DNA of 64,000 nucleotides from positions 224,001-288,000 of the IMG/VR virus record IMGVR_UViG_3300047160_036266; one strand, given 5' to 3'. Of the stretch, positions 38,150 through 47,498 are shown piece after piece. The number at the start of each line of letters is the position of its first letter. The stretch's first letter is position 1. Made by a program: the position numbers and the translations under genes. This DNA is from a virus (Duplodnaviria; Caudoviricetes). The notes beneath the pieces were generated by a model. The model ran no database searches, was not told the DNA's origin, and saw only the letters and a program-made list of their open reading frames with translations.

Positions 38150-38686
38150 GGTCGTCTTTTTCCCACTGCGGGATGAAAATACAATCCCGGCAACCTCGAA
38201 TTTCTTTCCCTCAAAATCCCTATTCCCCGCTAGATCGTCGGCTTTGCCACGCTTGACGTAGGCGATGGTGACGTGTGGCTTATAAACCGGATAGGAGTTG
38301 GTTACTTCAAGGTGGTCATTGAGCCGCTGGTGGAGGCGATGTAGTTCGGAGCTTCGCACGTCGATTTTGACCACATCGAATTTGGGGTTTGTCTTAAATA
38401 AGGTCACTCGCCCCAGCTTGCAGGTGAAGGGCTTCTGGGACCGCAGAAGCTCCTGCACCGGCTTGGGGTCATCCGTGTGGATGCCGTAGAGGACGGTGGT
38501 GTGAATTTCGTTCTCCCGACCAAAGCTGGGATCATCCGGGTCGGTGTACACAACCCCGTGGGTGATGCGCTGATGACCCCATTCAATAATCTGGTCCGAT
38601 AGGTCGTCCGGCAAATATATTTGCGTGGAGGAATAACTGTATACAACGTCGTGCATCTCGTTAGCCAAGAATTGCCGAAACGTCAT
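38132..38686 (-). CDS. 2H phosphoesterase (T4 gp57B/Acb1-like)
   Basis: two HxT motifs (IHTTVLY, PHVTIAY); begins MTFRQFLANE. Confidence 0.8.
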   Translation of the reverse strand: MTFRQFLANEMHDVVYSYSSTQIYLPDDLSDQIIEWGHQRITHGVVYTDPDDPSFGRENEIHTTVLYGIHTDDPKPVQELLRSQKPFTCKLGRVTLFKTNPKFDVVKIDVRSSELHRLHQRLNDHLEVTNSYPVYKPHVTIAYVKRGKADDLAGNRDFEGKKFEVAGIVFSSRSGKKTTLPLEA

Positions 38687-38999
38687 CGTCTCCTTCGGTT
38701 TGTTGTTTCTTGCGGCGTTCAGCAATCTCGTCTATCTTTCTTTTTTCTTCGGCAATCATGCTGTCGATGTAGTGTAAGGTTTCCTTCACGCCCATGCCAG
38801 GTACGGCCCCAACGCCCCAATGCTGTTGGTACTGTTCCTGCTCAGCCTGTTGCCTCTTTTCCCGCTTCTTCTCCACCTGCTCCACCTTGGTCAAGGCGGC
38901 GTTTAGGTGATACCGGGCTTCCGACAGGGTAAAATCCTGTGGGCACTCCCGGATAGCTTGTTGTAGCAAAGTCCTTAGTCGTTGGGTATTATTCTTCAT
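38661..38999 (-). CDS. hypothetical coiled-coil protein
   Basis: ORF coupled to its neighbours. Confidence 0.6.
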   Translation of the reverse strand: MKNNTQRLRTLLQQAIRECPQDFTLSEARYHLNAALTKVEQVEKKREKRQQAEQEQYQQHWGVGAVPGMGVKETLHYIDSMIAEEKRKIDEIAERRKKQQTEGDDDVSAILG

Positions 39000-39949
39000 C
39001 CCGCACCCTCTCCAATTAACTCAATGTATTTAATGGGTATCTCGTTGTTTCCTGCCGGCTCATATTCGCCCGGTTGCACCTGCACCAGATGCCTGGTGTC
39101 CACACGCACCTTCCAGGTATCATGAATGGATGGGAGCGGGGCACGTTCCGTCATCAGGCGGGGATAAATCTCGGCATTCCCCAGGACCGATAGTTGGCGG
39201 CGAGCGTCAGCGTATACGTCTCGCTCCTCGCAGGTAGCGTTGAAATATAGCGTCATCACCTTCCTGGCCGACACGGATCGGGGTTGTTGAATCTCCTTAA
39301 TCAACCCGAAAAAGTCCCTTTGCAGGCCATCGTCAACATAAAACGCCTCGCTGTTTTCATCGAGGGTCCATACTTCCAAACCGCCGGGGGCCAGCCCGCA
39401 GCCAAATTTGCCGCTGGCCGGCGGTCGGCTTACTTCCACGACCGCTTTCTCCACCGGATAGACCCATTCCCTTCCCTGGGGTTCTTTTGGCACGATCCCA
39501 ATAAGGGACTTAAAGCCCGGCAAGAATAGGCTGGCGGTTTCCAGAAGCTTTCCCAGCTTGTGCATATTCTTGCTGGTCTTGTGCATCAACAACCGGAGGG
39601 TTTCCTGCTCGTTGAGTTGGGGCTTTGCGCCGTAGAGACAGTATGCCTTGAACTGGAAGAGGGCTTCTGGCATCGGCCCTTGGTTCCATTCTTGGTAGGC
39701 GCTATATGCTGCCTGGATTTTGCGGGGGTTCATGCTGGACAGTGCCACCATGAACGGATTGGTCTGCGGATAGTGCTGATTCAACAAACACTGCTCAATG
39801 GCCACCTTCTCGGCCTCACTGCTTTCGATATAGTCCTCACGCCAGACCACATTTTTCAGGCGCTCGGTCAATGCTGCCTCATAGGCTTCAAGGCTAATGG
39901 CAATTTTGTTGGAACACTTGAAGTCAACATACTGCTGGAATTGGCTCAT
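38996..39949 (-). CDS. hypothetical protein
   Basis: start reassigned to MSQFQQYVDFK immediately after the terminase. Confidence 0.6.
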   Translation of the reverse strand: MSQFQQYVDFKCSNKIAISLEAYEAALTERLKNVVWREDYIESSEAEKVAIEQCLLNQHYPQTNPFMVALSSMNPRKIQAAYSAYQEWNQGPMPEALFQFKAYCLYGAKPQLNEQETLRLLMHKTSKNMHKLGKLLETASLFLPGFKSLIGIVPKEPQGREWVYPVEKAVVEVSRPPASGKFGCGLAPGGLEVWTLDENSEAFYVDDGLQRDFFGLIKEIQQPRSVSARKVMTLYFNATCEERDVYADARRQLSVLGNAEIYPRLMTERAPLPSIHDTWKVRVDTRHLVQVQPGEYEPAGNNEIPIKYIELIGEGAG

Positions 39950-39950
39950 G

Positions 39951-41759
39951 TTACCACCCAAATTCTTTGAGTAATTTGTCGTACTTCCTTGAGTAGTTGA
40001 ACATGACGCCCGGCAAGATGTCATCCTTGTCCGGGGCCAGGAAATCGGTCGGTTCCTCGATAAAGTCCTGCGGTGCCCCTTCCTGCAACTCGCGCTTGAT
40101 CTCCTCGTATATTTCCGTCTTGAAGGTCGCCGTGATCTCCTTGGGAACCTCGGCACCCATCGGGATGTCACGCAGCAGGCCGTCGCGTACATAAAGCGCC
40201 ATGCACATGGCCATGATGGCGTCGTCGTGATGACCCTTCAGGGCCTCGGCCCGCTTGGTCTGGGGGTTGAAAATGAATGTTTGCAGTTCCCGGACGAAAC
40301 GGTTACTATTGATGCGCACCGTACTGTTGATGAGCCTGTGCTGCAATCGCTCCAGAAAGATTGGGCGGTTGGTCCGGTTGACCGTGATGCCCGGTTTCTC
40401 CTGTTTGCCCTTGGCCTCATAATGGATATTTTCGTAGAATAGGTCGTGCTGTAACTGACTGATGACAGCACCGCCAGGGGCCATATTCTCCACGATGATG
40501 GTCGCCGTGTTGTAGTACAACCCGACTTCGTTGAGGATTTGGGTGAAGATGTGCGGCGGCACGCTGTTGCTATAAAACTCGGCCACCTGTTCCAAGGTCG
40601 CCGTGTCAAGAACCTGGAAGCAAGAATTATCGCCCTTCTCGCCCATGCCTTCAGCCACGTCCACGCCGATCAGGTATTCGTGGCCGTCAATGGGTTCCTT
40701 CCATACCCACATGGCCCCTTTGTCAAATTCCAGGTCGTCGTTGACCAGTTCAAGATATTTGTCTATATTGGCCCACTTGGGGAACAGCTTGCGGATCGGA
40801 TAGTTGTCCCTGGTAGCTTTATCGAGAGCGTCGATGATCTTGGTGGGGAAGTAGTTGTCACCGGAGCCAAGGAACTCGCGCATGACCTCCTGCAACCAAC
40901 CGGCCTCGCCAAGCTGGGCCTTGTTCTTCTTGACCCACTCCGGGTCGTCGTATTGCGGGTTGTCCCAATAGTCCAACTCGATGACATGCCAGATTTTGTT
41001 CCGGTTCTCTTTGGTGTCGGTGAAAGTCTGGTGATACCAGTTGCCGTAACCGTTGACGGTGGAAACCACGGCGCACTGACCGCCGGTGCTAAGTACCGGC
41101 CACATAGCCTTCCAGTGGGTTTCCATGTCCGGGATGAATGCCGCCTCGTCAATGATGAGGAAGGTAACGGATTTACCACGAGCGGCTTCTGGGGAATAGA
41201 ACTTCATCGAGCCGCCGGTATCGGTGAACATCTTCAGATGGTCGTTCCACTTGCCATCGGTCTTGGGCTTCATCCAGATGGGTAAGTGTTCGATGGCCCG
41301 GTCCACGATCATGCCGATGTCTGTGGCTTCACGGTCGGTCTTGGACAGCAACATGACCTGGGTATCTAGCTTGAACATGCACCGCCACATGCCCCATAAC
41401 AGGGTGAGAGTGGTCAAACCACCCTGGCGGAACTTGCTGATGATATTGAAGTCGTGGCTTTCGTAGTCCTTGATAACCGTCCGCTGGTACTTGTACAAAA
41501 TGAAGGGGATCAAGCCCTGGACGGGGTGGAGAATCTTGAGGTACTTGTTGCAGAAATACGGGAAGCTCATCGAACACTTGATGATTTCCTTCTGCTGGCG
41601 GTGGGCGTCATACGCCTCGATCTGCTCCTCGGTTTCGTCGGGGTCGATGTCCAGTTCGTAGCGGTCGAAGTCATAATACTTCGAGTTATATTCTCCCTCG
41701 TAGTATTCCCTGGGGGTCTTATATTTCTTCCGCCACTTTGAAAAATTCTTGAGGTCCAT
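39951..41759 (-). CDS. terminase large subunit (gp17-like)
   Basis: KFRQGGLTT, FLIIDEAAF, VSTVNG, IGVDVAEG..GDNS, HHDDAIMA. Confidence 0.95.
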   Translation of the reverse strand: MDLKNFSKWRKKYKTPREYYEGEYNSKYYDFDRYELDIDPDETEEQIEAYDAHRQQKEIIKCSMSFPYFCNKYLKILHPVQGLIPFILYKYQRTVIKDYESHDFNIISKFRQGGLTTLTLLWGMWRCMFKLDTQVMLLSKTDREATDIGMIVDRAIEHLPIWMKPKTDGKWNDHLKMFTDTGGSMKFYSPEAARGKSVTFLIIDEAAFIPDMETHWKAMWPVLSTGGQCAVVSTVNGYGNWYHQTFTDTKENRNKIWHVIELDYWDNPQYDDPEWVKKNKAQLGEAGWLQEVMREFLGSGDNYFPTKIIDALDKATRDNYPIRKLFPKWANIDKYLELVNDDLEFDKGAMWVWKEPIDGHEYLIGVDVAEGMGEKGDNSCFQVLDTATLEQVAEFYSNSVPPHIFTQILNEVGLYYNTATIIVENMAPGGAVISQLQHDLFYENIHYEAKGKQEKPGITVNRTNRPIFLERLQHRLINSTVRINSNRFVRELQTFIFNPQTKRAEALKGHHDDAIMAMCMALYVRDGLLRDIPMGAEVPKEITATFKTEIYEEIKRELQEGAPQDFIEEPTDFLAPDKDDILPGVMFNYSRKYDKLLKEFGW

Positions 41760-41936
41760 AGTGTCCTTTCTAATTAAGTGAGATATTCTCAGGTAATATG
41801 TAGGGTGGGAAATATGAAATCTAGGTGGTGAAGGTTCCATGAAAAACGAACCTTTCCCACTCGCTTGTTGGCTACATAGGATGTAAAAGGAGGGCTTGCG
41901 ACGAAGTGACCGGATTACCACCAAGGGGAGTGAGTC

Positions 41937-42473
41937 ATGCCGACCGAGAACGAGCGAAAATATGTGTTGAGGCCCGACACTACCAAGTCTTCAATGACCA
42001 ACATCTGCACCAACCGGGTCTACAACATATGTCAGGGCTACCTGATTGCTACCAGGGGTATAACCGTCCGGGTCCGCAGTTTGTCTGACGCCCGGTGCCC
42101 CGACCAGTTCTATTTCACCCTGAAAGTCAGTACCAACGGACGTGTCGTTGAAATCGAGAACCCCATCGACCGGCGGGACTTCAATGACCTGTGGGACATC
42201 TGCCTGAACAAGCTCGAAAAGACGCGATATAAGCTGAACGGGAAATATAAGGGCTGGGAAATTGACTTTTTCCGGGACCATGACAACCAGACTTATTTCG
42301 TCATGGCCGAATGCGAAATGCCGGAAGGCCAGGTTCGGCCCGTGGAGGTTCCCCAACAAATAAAGGACGCGCTGCTTTACGAAGTGCCCTTGAACGACGT
42401 GCGCTTCTCCAGTAAGCTATTATCAGACGTTCGCTACGCGAAGCGGCTCTTGAACGAAATCAATGGAGGCTAA
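41937..42473 (+). CDS. CYTH-domain triphosphate tunnel metalloenzyme
   Basis: ENERKY (ExExK), QGYL, VRVR, KTRY, WEIDFF, MAECEM. Confidence 0.85.
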   Translation: MPTENERKYVLRPDTTKSSMTNICTNRVYNICQGYLIATRGITVRVRSLSDARCPDQFYFTLKVSTNGRVVEIENPIDRRDFNDLWDICLNKLEKTRYKLNGKYKGWEIDFFRDHDNQTYFVMAECEMPEGQVRPVEVPQQIKDALLYEVPLNDVRFSSKLLSDVRYAKRLLNEINGG

Positions 42474-42474
42474 G

Positions 42475-42783
42475 ATGAAGAAGTATCCTCTGATCCGTCA
42501 CCGCCCGGTCGCCCGCTTCTACTACCAGGGCAATCACACCCATCCTGTCCGTCGCACCGTCCTGTTGATCGAGAGCCGACCCAAATATATTCGTGGTTAC
42601 GAACTGCGCGAAGGCTCGGTGGTCCGCACCTACGGAGAGGCCCCGATCAAAACCTATACCCGGAGCAAGATCGCCCCGGCGACACCGTACCAGCGCCGCA
42701 AAAAGGCAGCGGCTCGCAAGCTCAATGGCCCGCTGACCCTCCAGCGTACCGCCGTGGTGGACTTGGTTCTGGAAGGTGCGTAG
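42475..42783 (+). CDS. hypothetical protein, possibly a stand-alone WYL-like domain
   Basis: FYYQG..VRRTV..IRGYELR..IKTYTRSKI. Confidence 0.45.
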   Translation: MKKYPLIRHRPVARFYYQGNHTHPVRRTVLLIESRPKYIRGYELREGSVVRTYGEAPIKTYTRSKIAPATPYQRRKKAAARKLNGPLTLQRTAVVDLVLEGA

Positions 42784-42839
42784 AAAATGCGCTCGTCTCC
42801 CTAAATAAAGAAGGTAGACTTCTTAACTTAGGGGAACGA

Positions 42840-43766
42840 ATGCCATTTTTCCAGAATCCATTTGACGTTGATTGGTCCGGTACATGGATACTGGCCGACC
42901 ACCGCTTCATGCCGCAGTTCAAGATCGGCCCGAATCGGAACACAGCGGACTGGATGCGTGCGTGGGTCGCTGAGCCGTATGATTGTTCGACCAACAACAC
43001 ACTTACCATCAACTACGCCTTTGACTTGGATCGCAAGAACTACGCCAGCATCGCCGTCAACGTAGCCGGTGCCACGCCTTCGGCCACGGGCGCAATTGAA
43101 GTGTGCAACGCCCTTAATGCCAATGCGTCATTTGCCGAACTGTGGTTGGCGCAGCCAATATCCACGGCCAGCACCAAGGGCGGGGCGTTGGGATCGCCCA
43201 GCCAGCCCCTCGGTGTCAACAATATCAACAGTCCCAACCCTGGGACGGCGGTAGACCAGCCATCGCCCGGAAATACAGGCCCCTACACGGTTGGTATCAC
43301 TTCGGTAAAGCGCCCCAAGCAGGCGATGCGGGTTTATATTTCCAACACGGGTGCTGAACTGGCGCTGGGCTTTAACCGGAAAGCTCCGGTTGCGCAATTG
43401 CCAACATATTTCTCCCGCCACACCATCCCCAATCGTTTCACTTTCAGTGATTGCACGGCAACTCTCGTTCAGTTGGACACGACCAATCCAGTCGATCAAC
43501 AGGTCATTAGCAATGCCGGCCAGGACTACACCCAGGTCACGCCGGATTGGGCCATGCTCCAGGGCAAGTCGGAAGTCTACAAGTGCTTCGTGAATACCTA
43601 CAGCGGCAGCAATTTGACGAGCCAGATCGAATACAACACGGGTGCCAAGGCCGGGGATTTGGTCAAGAAGACGTACTACACCTACAGCAGCACGAACGTG
43701 GTGACGCAGGCCGAAATTCCTTACGTCTTGCAGGCCAGTGACTTGCTCACGCCGCCGCCGACGTAA
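42840..43766 (+). CDS. hypothetical virion structural protein
   Basis: Thr/Asn/Ala-rich; TAAATA and SD upstream. Confidence 0.65.
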   Translation: MPFFQNPFDVDWSGTWILADHRFMPQFKIGPNRNTADWMRAWVAEPYDCSTNNTLTINYAFDLDRKNYASIAVNVAGATPSATGAIEVCNALNANASFAELWLAQPISTASTKGGALGSPSQPLGVNNINSPNPGTAVDQPSPGNTGPYTVGITSVKRPKQAMRVYISNTGAELALGFNRKAPVAQLPTYFSRHTIPNRFTFSDCTATLVQLDTTNPVDQQVISNAGQDYTQVTPDWAMLQGKSEVYKCFVNTYSGSNLTSQIEYNTGAKAGDLVKKTYYTYSSTNVVTQAEIPYVLQASDLLTPPPT

Positions 43767-44144
43767 TCAGATATATGGGTTGGTGCGGACCTCGATGATT
43801 TTTGCTTTTTCCATGCCCGGCTGGGTGCGGCAATGTTCCTCGGCAAGCGTCTGGGCGAGGGCCTGGGCCTCCTTGTGCGTGCGGGCATCAATATAGTCCA
43901 GCGCTCGCATCTCTGCCCCCAGCCCCCGATTGAATCGCAGCATGACACACCATTTGAGCGTTTGAGCAGGCGGCTCCTTGAGGCGGGTGGCCTCTTGCAA
44001 AGCTGCCTCATAACTCAAGAACGGCGTCTCCTCGATAATGCGGGCATCCTCCGGCATGGGAATCTTCCGCATCCTCCAGTGGTGGTCCGCCTGCTTGTAA
44101 ATCAAAAACCCCTTCCGTGCCAGTTCAATGTGAATGTCGTTCAT
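43767..44144 (-). CDS. hypothetical protein
   Basis: ORF. Confidence 0.55.
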   Translation of the reverse strand: MNDIHIELARKGFLIYKQADHHWRMRKIPMPEDARIIEETPFLSYEAALQEATRLKEPPAQTLKWCVMLRFNRGLGAEMRALDYIDARTHKEAQALAQTLAEEHCRTQPGMEKAKIIEVRTNPYI

Positions 44145-44147
44145 ATT

Positions 44148-44681
44148 TCACTCCAAGCCCCATTTTGCGCGTAGGTCTTCGAGGTATTGTGCCTGCCGCC
44201 TGCCGGCGACCTCCCGGACCACGCCTTCCATTTCTTTTCGCTTTGTTCTTTCGACTTTTTTGGCTACTCCAAAAAGGTAATCTATTTTCTCTTCCCAATC
44301 AACACGGGGTACATATTTCTCCAGGTCGCCGCCGACTTCCTTGTACACTTCGTACCCTTGATAAAAGACGTTCAGTTCCTTGCGGTCCTCAAGGTATTTT
44401 ATCTCCAGGTGCATCCCCCGGCTCAGGCCGTCGAACACAAAGCCAATGGGGTAGCTGATTTCCTCCTCGTCCATCGTTTTGATTTCGTCCTCGTCCTCGT
44501 CATCCTCCAGCGCCCACGGATCGTCCAGGTAGCTTTCGTCATACATTCCGCTGCCTTCGCGCATGACCACGCTGCCCAAGTGCCGGACGATGATGCCCAG
44601 CTTGCCGGTGATGCCCATGAGGTTGTTCATGGTGGCCAGGCGGGTCCGTTCTTCTTTCAGCAGTTCTTCTTTCTTTTTCAT
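44148..44681 (-). CDS. hypothetical protein
   Basis: TATATA 5 nt before the ATG at 44681. Confidence 0.6.
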   Translation of the reverse strand: MKKKEELLKEERTRLATMNNLMGITGKLGIIVRHLGSVVMREGSGMYDESYLDDPWALEDDEDEDEIKTMDEEEISYPIGFVFDGLSRGMHLEIKYLEDRKELNVFYQGYEVYKEVGGDLEKYVPRVDWEEKIDYLFGVAKKVERTKRKEMEGVVREVAGRRQAQYLEDLRAKWGLE

Positions 44682-44710
44682 CTGCATATATAGGGAATAC
44701 AGGAGGTAAT

Positions 44711-46303
44711 ATGACCGAAACTTTTGCGCACCCCCAAACGATTGACTACAGCAAACCCCAGCAGATTTGGTATGACGAACCCACCTTTCCCGAATTGGTG
44801 GGGTCGATGCCTGTCCCGCAATATGCGCCTCTTCCCCTGGCCGTACAGGGTTTCGCAGGGGGCGGCTTTAACCTGGGCACAGTCCAGGGCCAGGCCGCAG
44901 GTCTGCAAGTTGGTATTTCCAATGCGCTGAATTATATTATGACCAAGACGAAGCCCGTAAATGGTTGGGCCGCTACCCAGCAGTTGACGGTTATTCCCAG
45001 GGCCGGCGTGCAATTGAACGCTTATTATGACCGCAAGAGCCTCAAGTTCTTCTACCAGAATGACCCCTATACCCAGCAGACGGTTTACACCTGCGACTCC
45101 TCGATGATCTACGTCCACGAGCTTGGTCATGCCTTCTTGGACATCGTGCGCCCCGATTTCTGGGGCAGTGCGTCTTTGGAAATTCAGGCGTTCCACGAAT
45201 CTTACGGTGACTGCCTGGCAATGTTGAACCTGCTCACCTACGACCCGGTGATCCACCAAGCGATTGCGGAGACTAAGGGTAACTTGCGTCAGAGCAACGT
45301 GTTAAGTCAACTGGCCTGGGAGATGGGTACGGCAATTTACAAGCAAAAGCGTCCGCTGCGCGATGCCTACAACCATTTTGTCTACGCCGATCCACAGACC
45401 TTGCCAGCCAACGGCCCGGATGATAAGCTCTGCCGAGAGTCCCACAACTTCAGTCGGGTCTGGACAGGGACGTTCTACGACATGGTTGTTTCGATCACCT
45501 ACAAACTGGTGGAGCAGGGGTGGGACATGATCTCGGCCCTGAAGAACAGTCGGGACATCTGCGCCCGCTACCTGATGTCAGGGATAGGCATTGCGCCCTC
45601 CACGCCCCGCTTTTTCGACGCCATCGCCAGCGCCATTCTCGCAGTGGACGCCAGTGAAGGTGGTTCGTACCAGGGCACCCTCCACGAAATCTTCAGCACC
45701 CGTAACGTGTTGCTTGTTACTCCTTTGGGCTTTGCGGCTGGGGCAACACCGGAGGATTTGCACCTGGACTCCCATGACGAAGTGTTGCACAAATTGGCGG
45801 TTATCGTTTACCTTTTGAAAAAGCGCTTAACAATGCGGCTGGCCGATAGTAAAATGGCTCTGCCATCGGACGGCAATCCGCTTTATAATGTGGAGGTCGA
45901 ATTACCGGCGGACGATTACTACCGCTTTGACGCCGCCGGCAAGCTGGTGGAACGAATCGAGCCGCACCTGCCTGATATTTTGAGGGCCGTGCTACTCATG
46001 CTCCAGTTCCTCCATGAGAACGATCTGGTTGGTCCCGATAAGCCGTGGGGTATCGCAGACGGGAAACTCGTGCGGCAGCACTCTTGTAACGAAGGCAGCT
46101 ATGTAAATAATTCGATGGTGAAAGGGGCACCGGAGTACGGTAAGCCCTGGAAGCCGCAGAATAACGCAGGCTGCTGTAGTTGTTGCAAGCCGAAAAAGCA
46201 CGAAGTACCGCCGCCGATCAAGATGGGATGCGTGGTGCGTGCGCAAGGTGCGCCAACTCCCAAGACGGTTACGGGGCAACTAACCCGCACGAAAGCCTGC
46301 TAA
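44711..46303 (+). CDS. zinc metalloprotease (M4/M36-like)
   Basis: QLNAYYDR, VHELGHA (HExxH), FHESYGD, ESHNFSRVW. Confidence 0.8.
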   Translation: MTETFAHPQTIDYSKPQQIWYDEPTFPELVGSMPVPQYAPLPLAVQGFAGGGFNLGTVQGQAAGLQVGISNALNYIMTKTKPVNGWAATQQLTVIPRAGVQLNAYYDRKSLKFFYQNDPYTQQTVYTCDSSMIYVHELGHAFLDIVRPDFWGSASLEIQAFHESYGDCLAMLNLLTYDPVIHQAIAETKGNLRQSNVLSQLAWEMGTAIYKQKRPLRDAYNHFVYADPQTLPANGPDDKLCRESHNFSRVWTGTFYDMVVSITYKLVEQGWDMISALKNSRDICARYLMSGIGIAPSTPRFFDAIASAILAVDASEGGSYQGTLHEIFSTRNVLLVTPLGFAAGATPEDLHLDSHDEVLHKLAVIVYLLKKRLTMRLADSKMALPSDGNPLYNVEVELPADDYYRFDAAGKLVERIEPHLPDILRAVLLMLQFLHENDLVGPDKPWGIADGKLVRQHSCNEGSYVNNSMVKGAPEYGKPWKPQNNAGCCSCCKPKKHEVPPPIKMGCVVRAQGAPTPKTVTGQLTRTKAC

Positions 46304-46307
46304 GGGC

Positions 46308-46336
46308 TTGACTCAGCAACCTGGACTGCTTATATT
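46308..46336 (+). promoter_or_regulatory. sigma70-type promoter
   Basis: TTGACT-17 nt-TATATT. Confidence 0.7.
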
Positions 46337-46368
46337 CCTTGGGTGGCCTACACAAAAAGGAGACAGCC

Positions 46369-46635
46369 ATGTATTACGGTGACGACCTGCTGGAACGCCA
46401 GCGCAAAGGGTGGATGGGCGAGACGTTGTTTGCGTCCGCCGTCGATCCCGAAGAGGAAGACGAGGAGGACGACGAGGACGAGGACGACGAGGACGACGAC
46501 CTCGATGAAGACGACTTCGAGGACGACGAGGACGACCTCGATGAAGACGATTTCGAGGACGACGACGAGGATGATGACGAGGACGACGAGGACAGCGAGG
46601 ACGAGGAGGATGAGGACGAGGAAGAAGACGACTAA
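46369..46635 (+). CDS. hyper-acidic small protein
   Basis: C-terminal ~60 aa almost entirely D/E; AAGGAG SD. Confidence 0.75.
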   Translation: MYYGDDLLERQRKGWMGETLFASAVDPEEEDEEDDEDEDDEDDDLDEDDFEDDEDDLDEDDFEDDDEDDDEDDEDSEDEEDEDEEEDD

Positions 46636-46646
46636 AGCGGGAGTCC

Positions 46647-47288
46647 ATGTATCTGGCAACTGAATACCTCATCAGATCGGGCATCGCCAAGCGGATGCTT
46701 CGGATTCCCTGCTCCTTGTTCCTTACCGATCTCGTCGGGGGCGAGAAAAAGGTCATCACCATAAGCCACGGATACCGGCTCAGCGACCGGCTGGTGGTCA
46801 AACACTGGCTGGTCGGGCTGTGCCGGGACGAGCAGGTGATACCTTCCCTTCAAGAATACCTCGTCCGTCACGAAAGCATTTTTGACGACCCGCATGTGAT
46901 ATTGGAGAGGCACCGACTCCTCAAGTACAAGGAGGAGCCGGTGCCTTCCCATCTCAACAGTTTCAACCATCCGATGCTGGCTGAAACTTACAACCACTTT
47001 GCCGACCAGTTTTTTGACTCCGCTGGCCACCGCTTACGGCGCGAGAACTGGCTCTGGGATGAGTTTGTCCGCATCTACTTTCCCCAACTCATAAAACTGT
47101 GCTACAGCATCTTCCAGTACCGGCACAAAGACGACGCCGCTGCCGATCAACGCAACATCGTCCGCCAGCACTACCAGGAGCGGTGGCTCTATTGGTTAAA
47201 GTGGCGGAAATATCTGCTGGATTTTGAGGGACCGCCTGCTGAACTGGTGTTTTGCAGGGAATACAAGAGCTATCATGAGGCCGACTGA
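46647..47288 (+). CDS. hypothetical protein
   Basis: ORF with SD. Confidence 0.55.
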   Translation: MYLATEYLIRSGIAKRMLRIPCSLFLTDLVGGEKKVITISHGYRLSDRLVVKHWLVGLCRDEQVIPSLQEYLVRHESIFDDPHVILERHRLLKYKEEPVPSHLNSFNHPMLAETYNHFADQFFDSAGHRLRRENWLWDEFVRIYFPQLIKLCYSIFQYRHKDDAAADQRNIVRQHYQERWLYWLKWRKYLLDFEGPPAELVFCREYKSYHEAD

Positions 47289-47479
47289 CGCTGGCGCATT
47301 TTCTTTCTCATGAAAGGATGGGCGGGCGTCGGAGGAAGCTCCTTGGGGTCGTTGGTATAGACCGGCATGGCCCCGCCGCCCTTTTTCACGTCCCGTTCGA
47401 TCCGAGAACTGGTAGGCTCCAGGCTCGGTTCGATGCCGTAATTGCCAGCTATTTCCAGCCATTGAAGAAAGGTCTTCAT
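47273..47479 (-). CDS. small putative internal head protein
   Basis: MKTFLQWLE start. Confidence 0.6.
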   Translation of the reverse strand: MKTFLQWLEIAGNYGIEPSLEPTSSRIERDVKKGGGAMPVYTNDPKELPPTPAHPFMRKKMRQRQSAS

Positions 47480-47498
47480 TGCGCTAATATATAGAAGC

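Noticed and set aside
41760-41936. Structured RNA between terminase and CYTH
   Set aside because: Only short stems are present, and the region is explained by two divergent TACATA promoters.
46348-46659. Hydrophobic antisense ORF resembling a membrane protein
   Set aside because: It is the mirror of the GAC/GAG acidic tract; the promoter and SD support the + strand gene.
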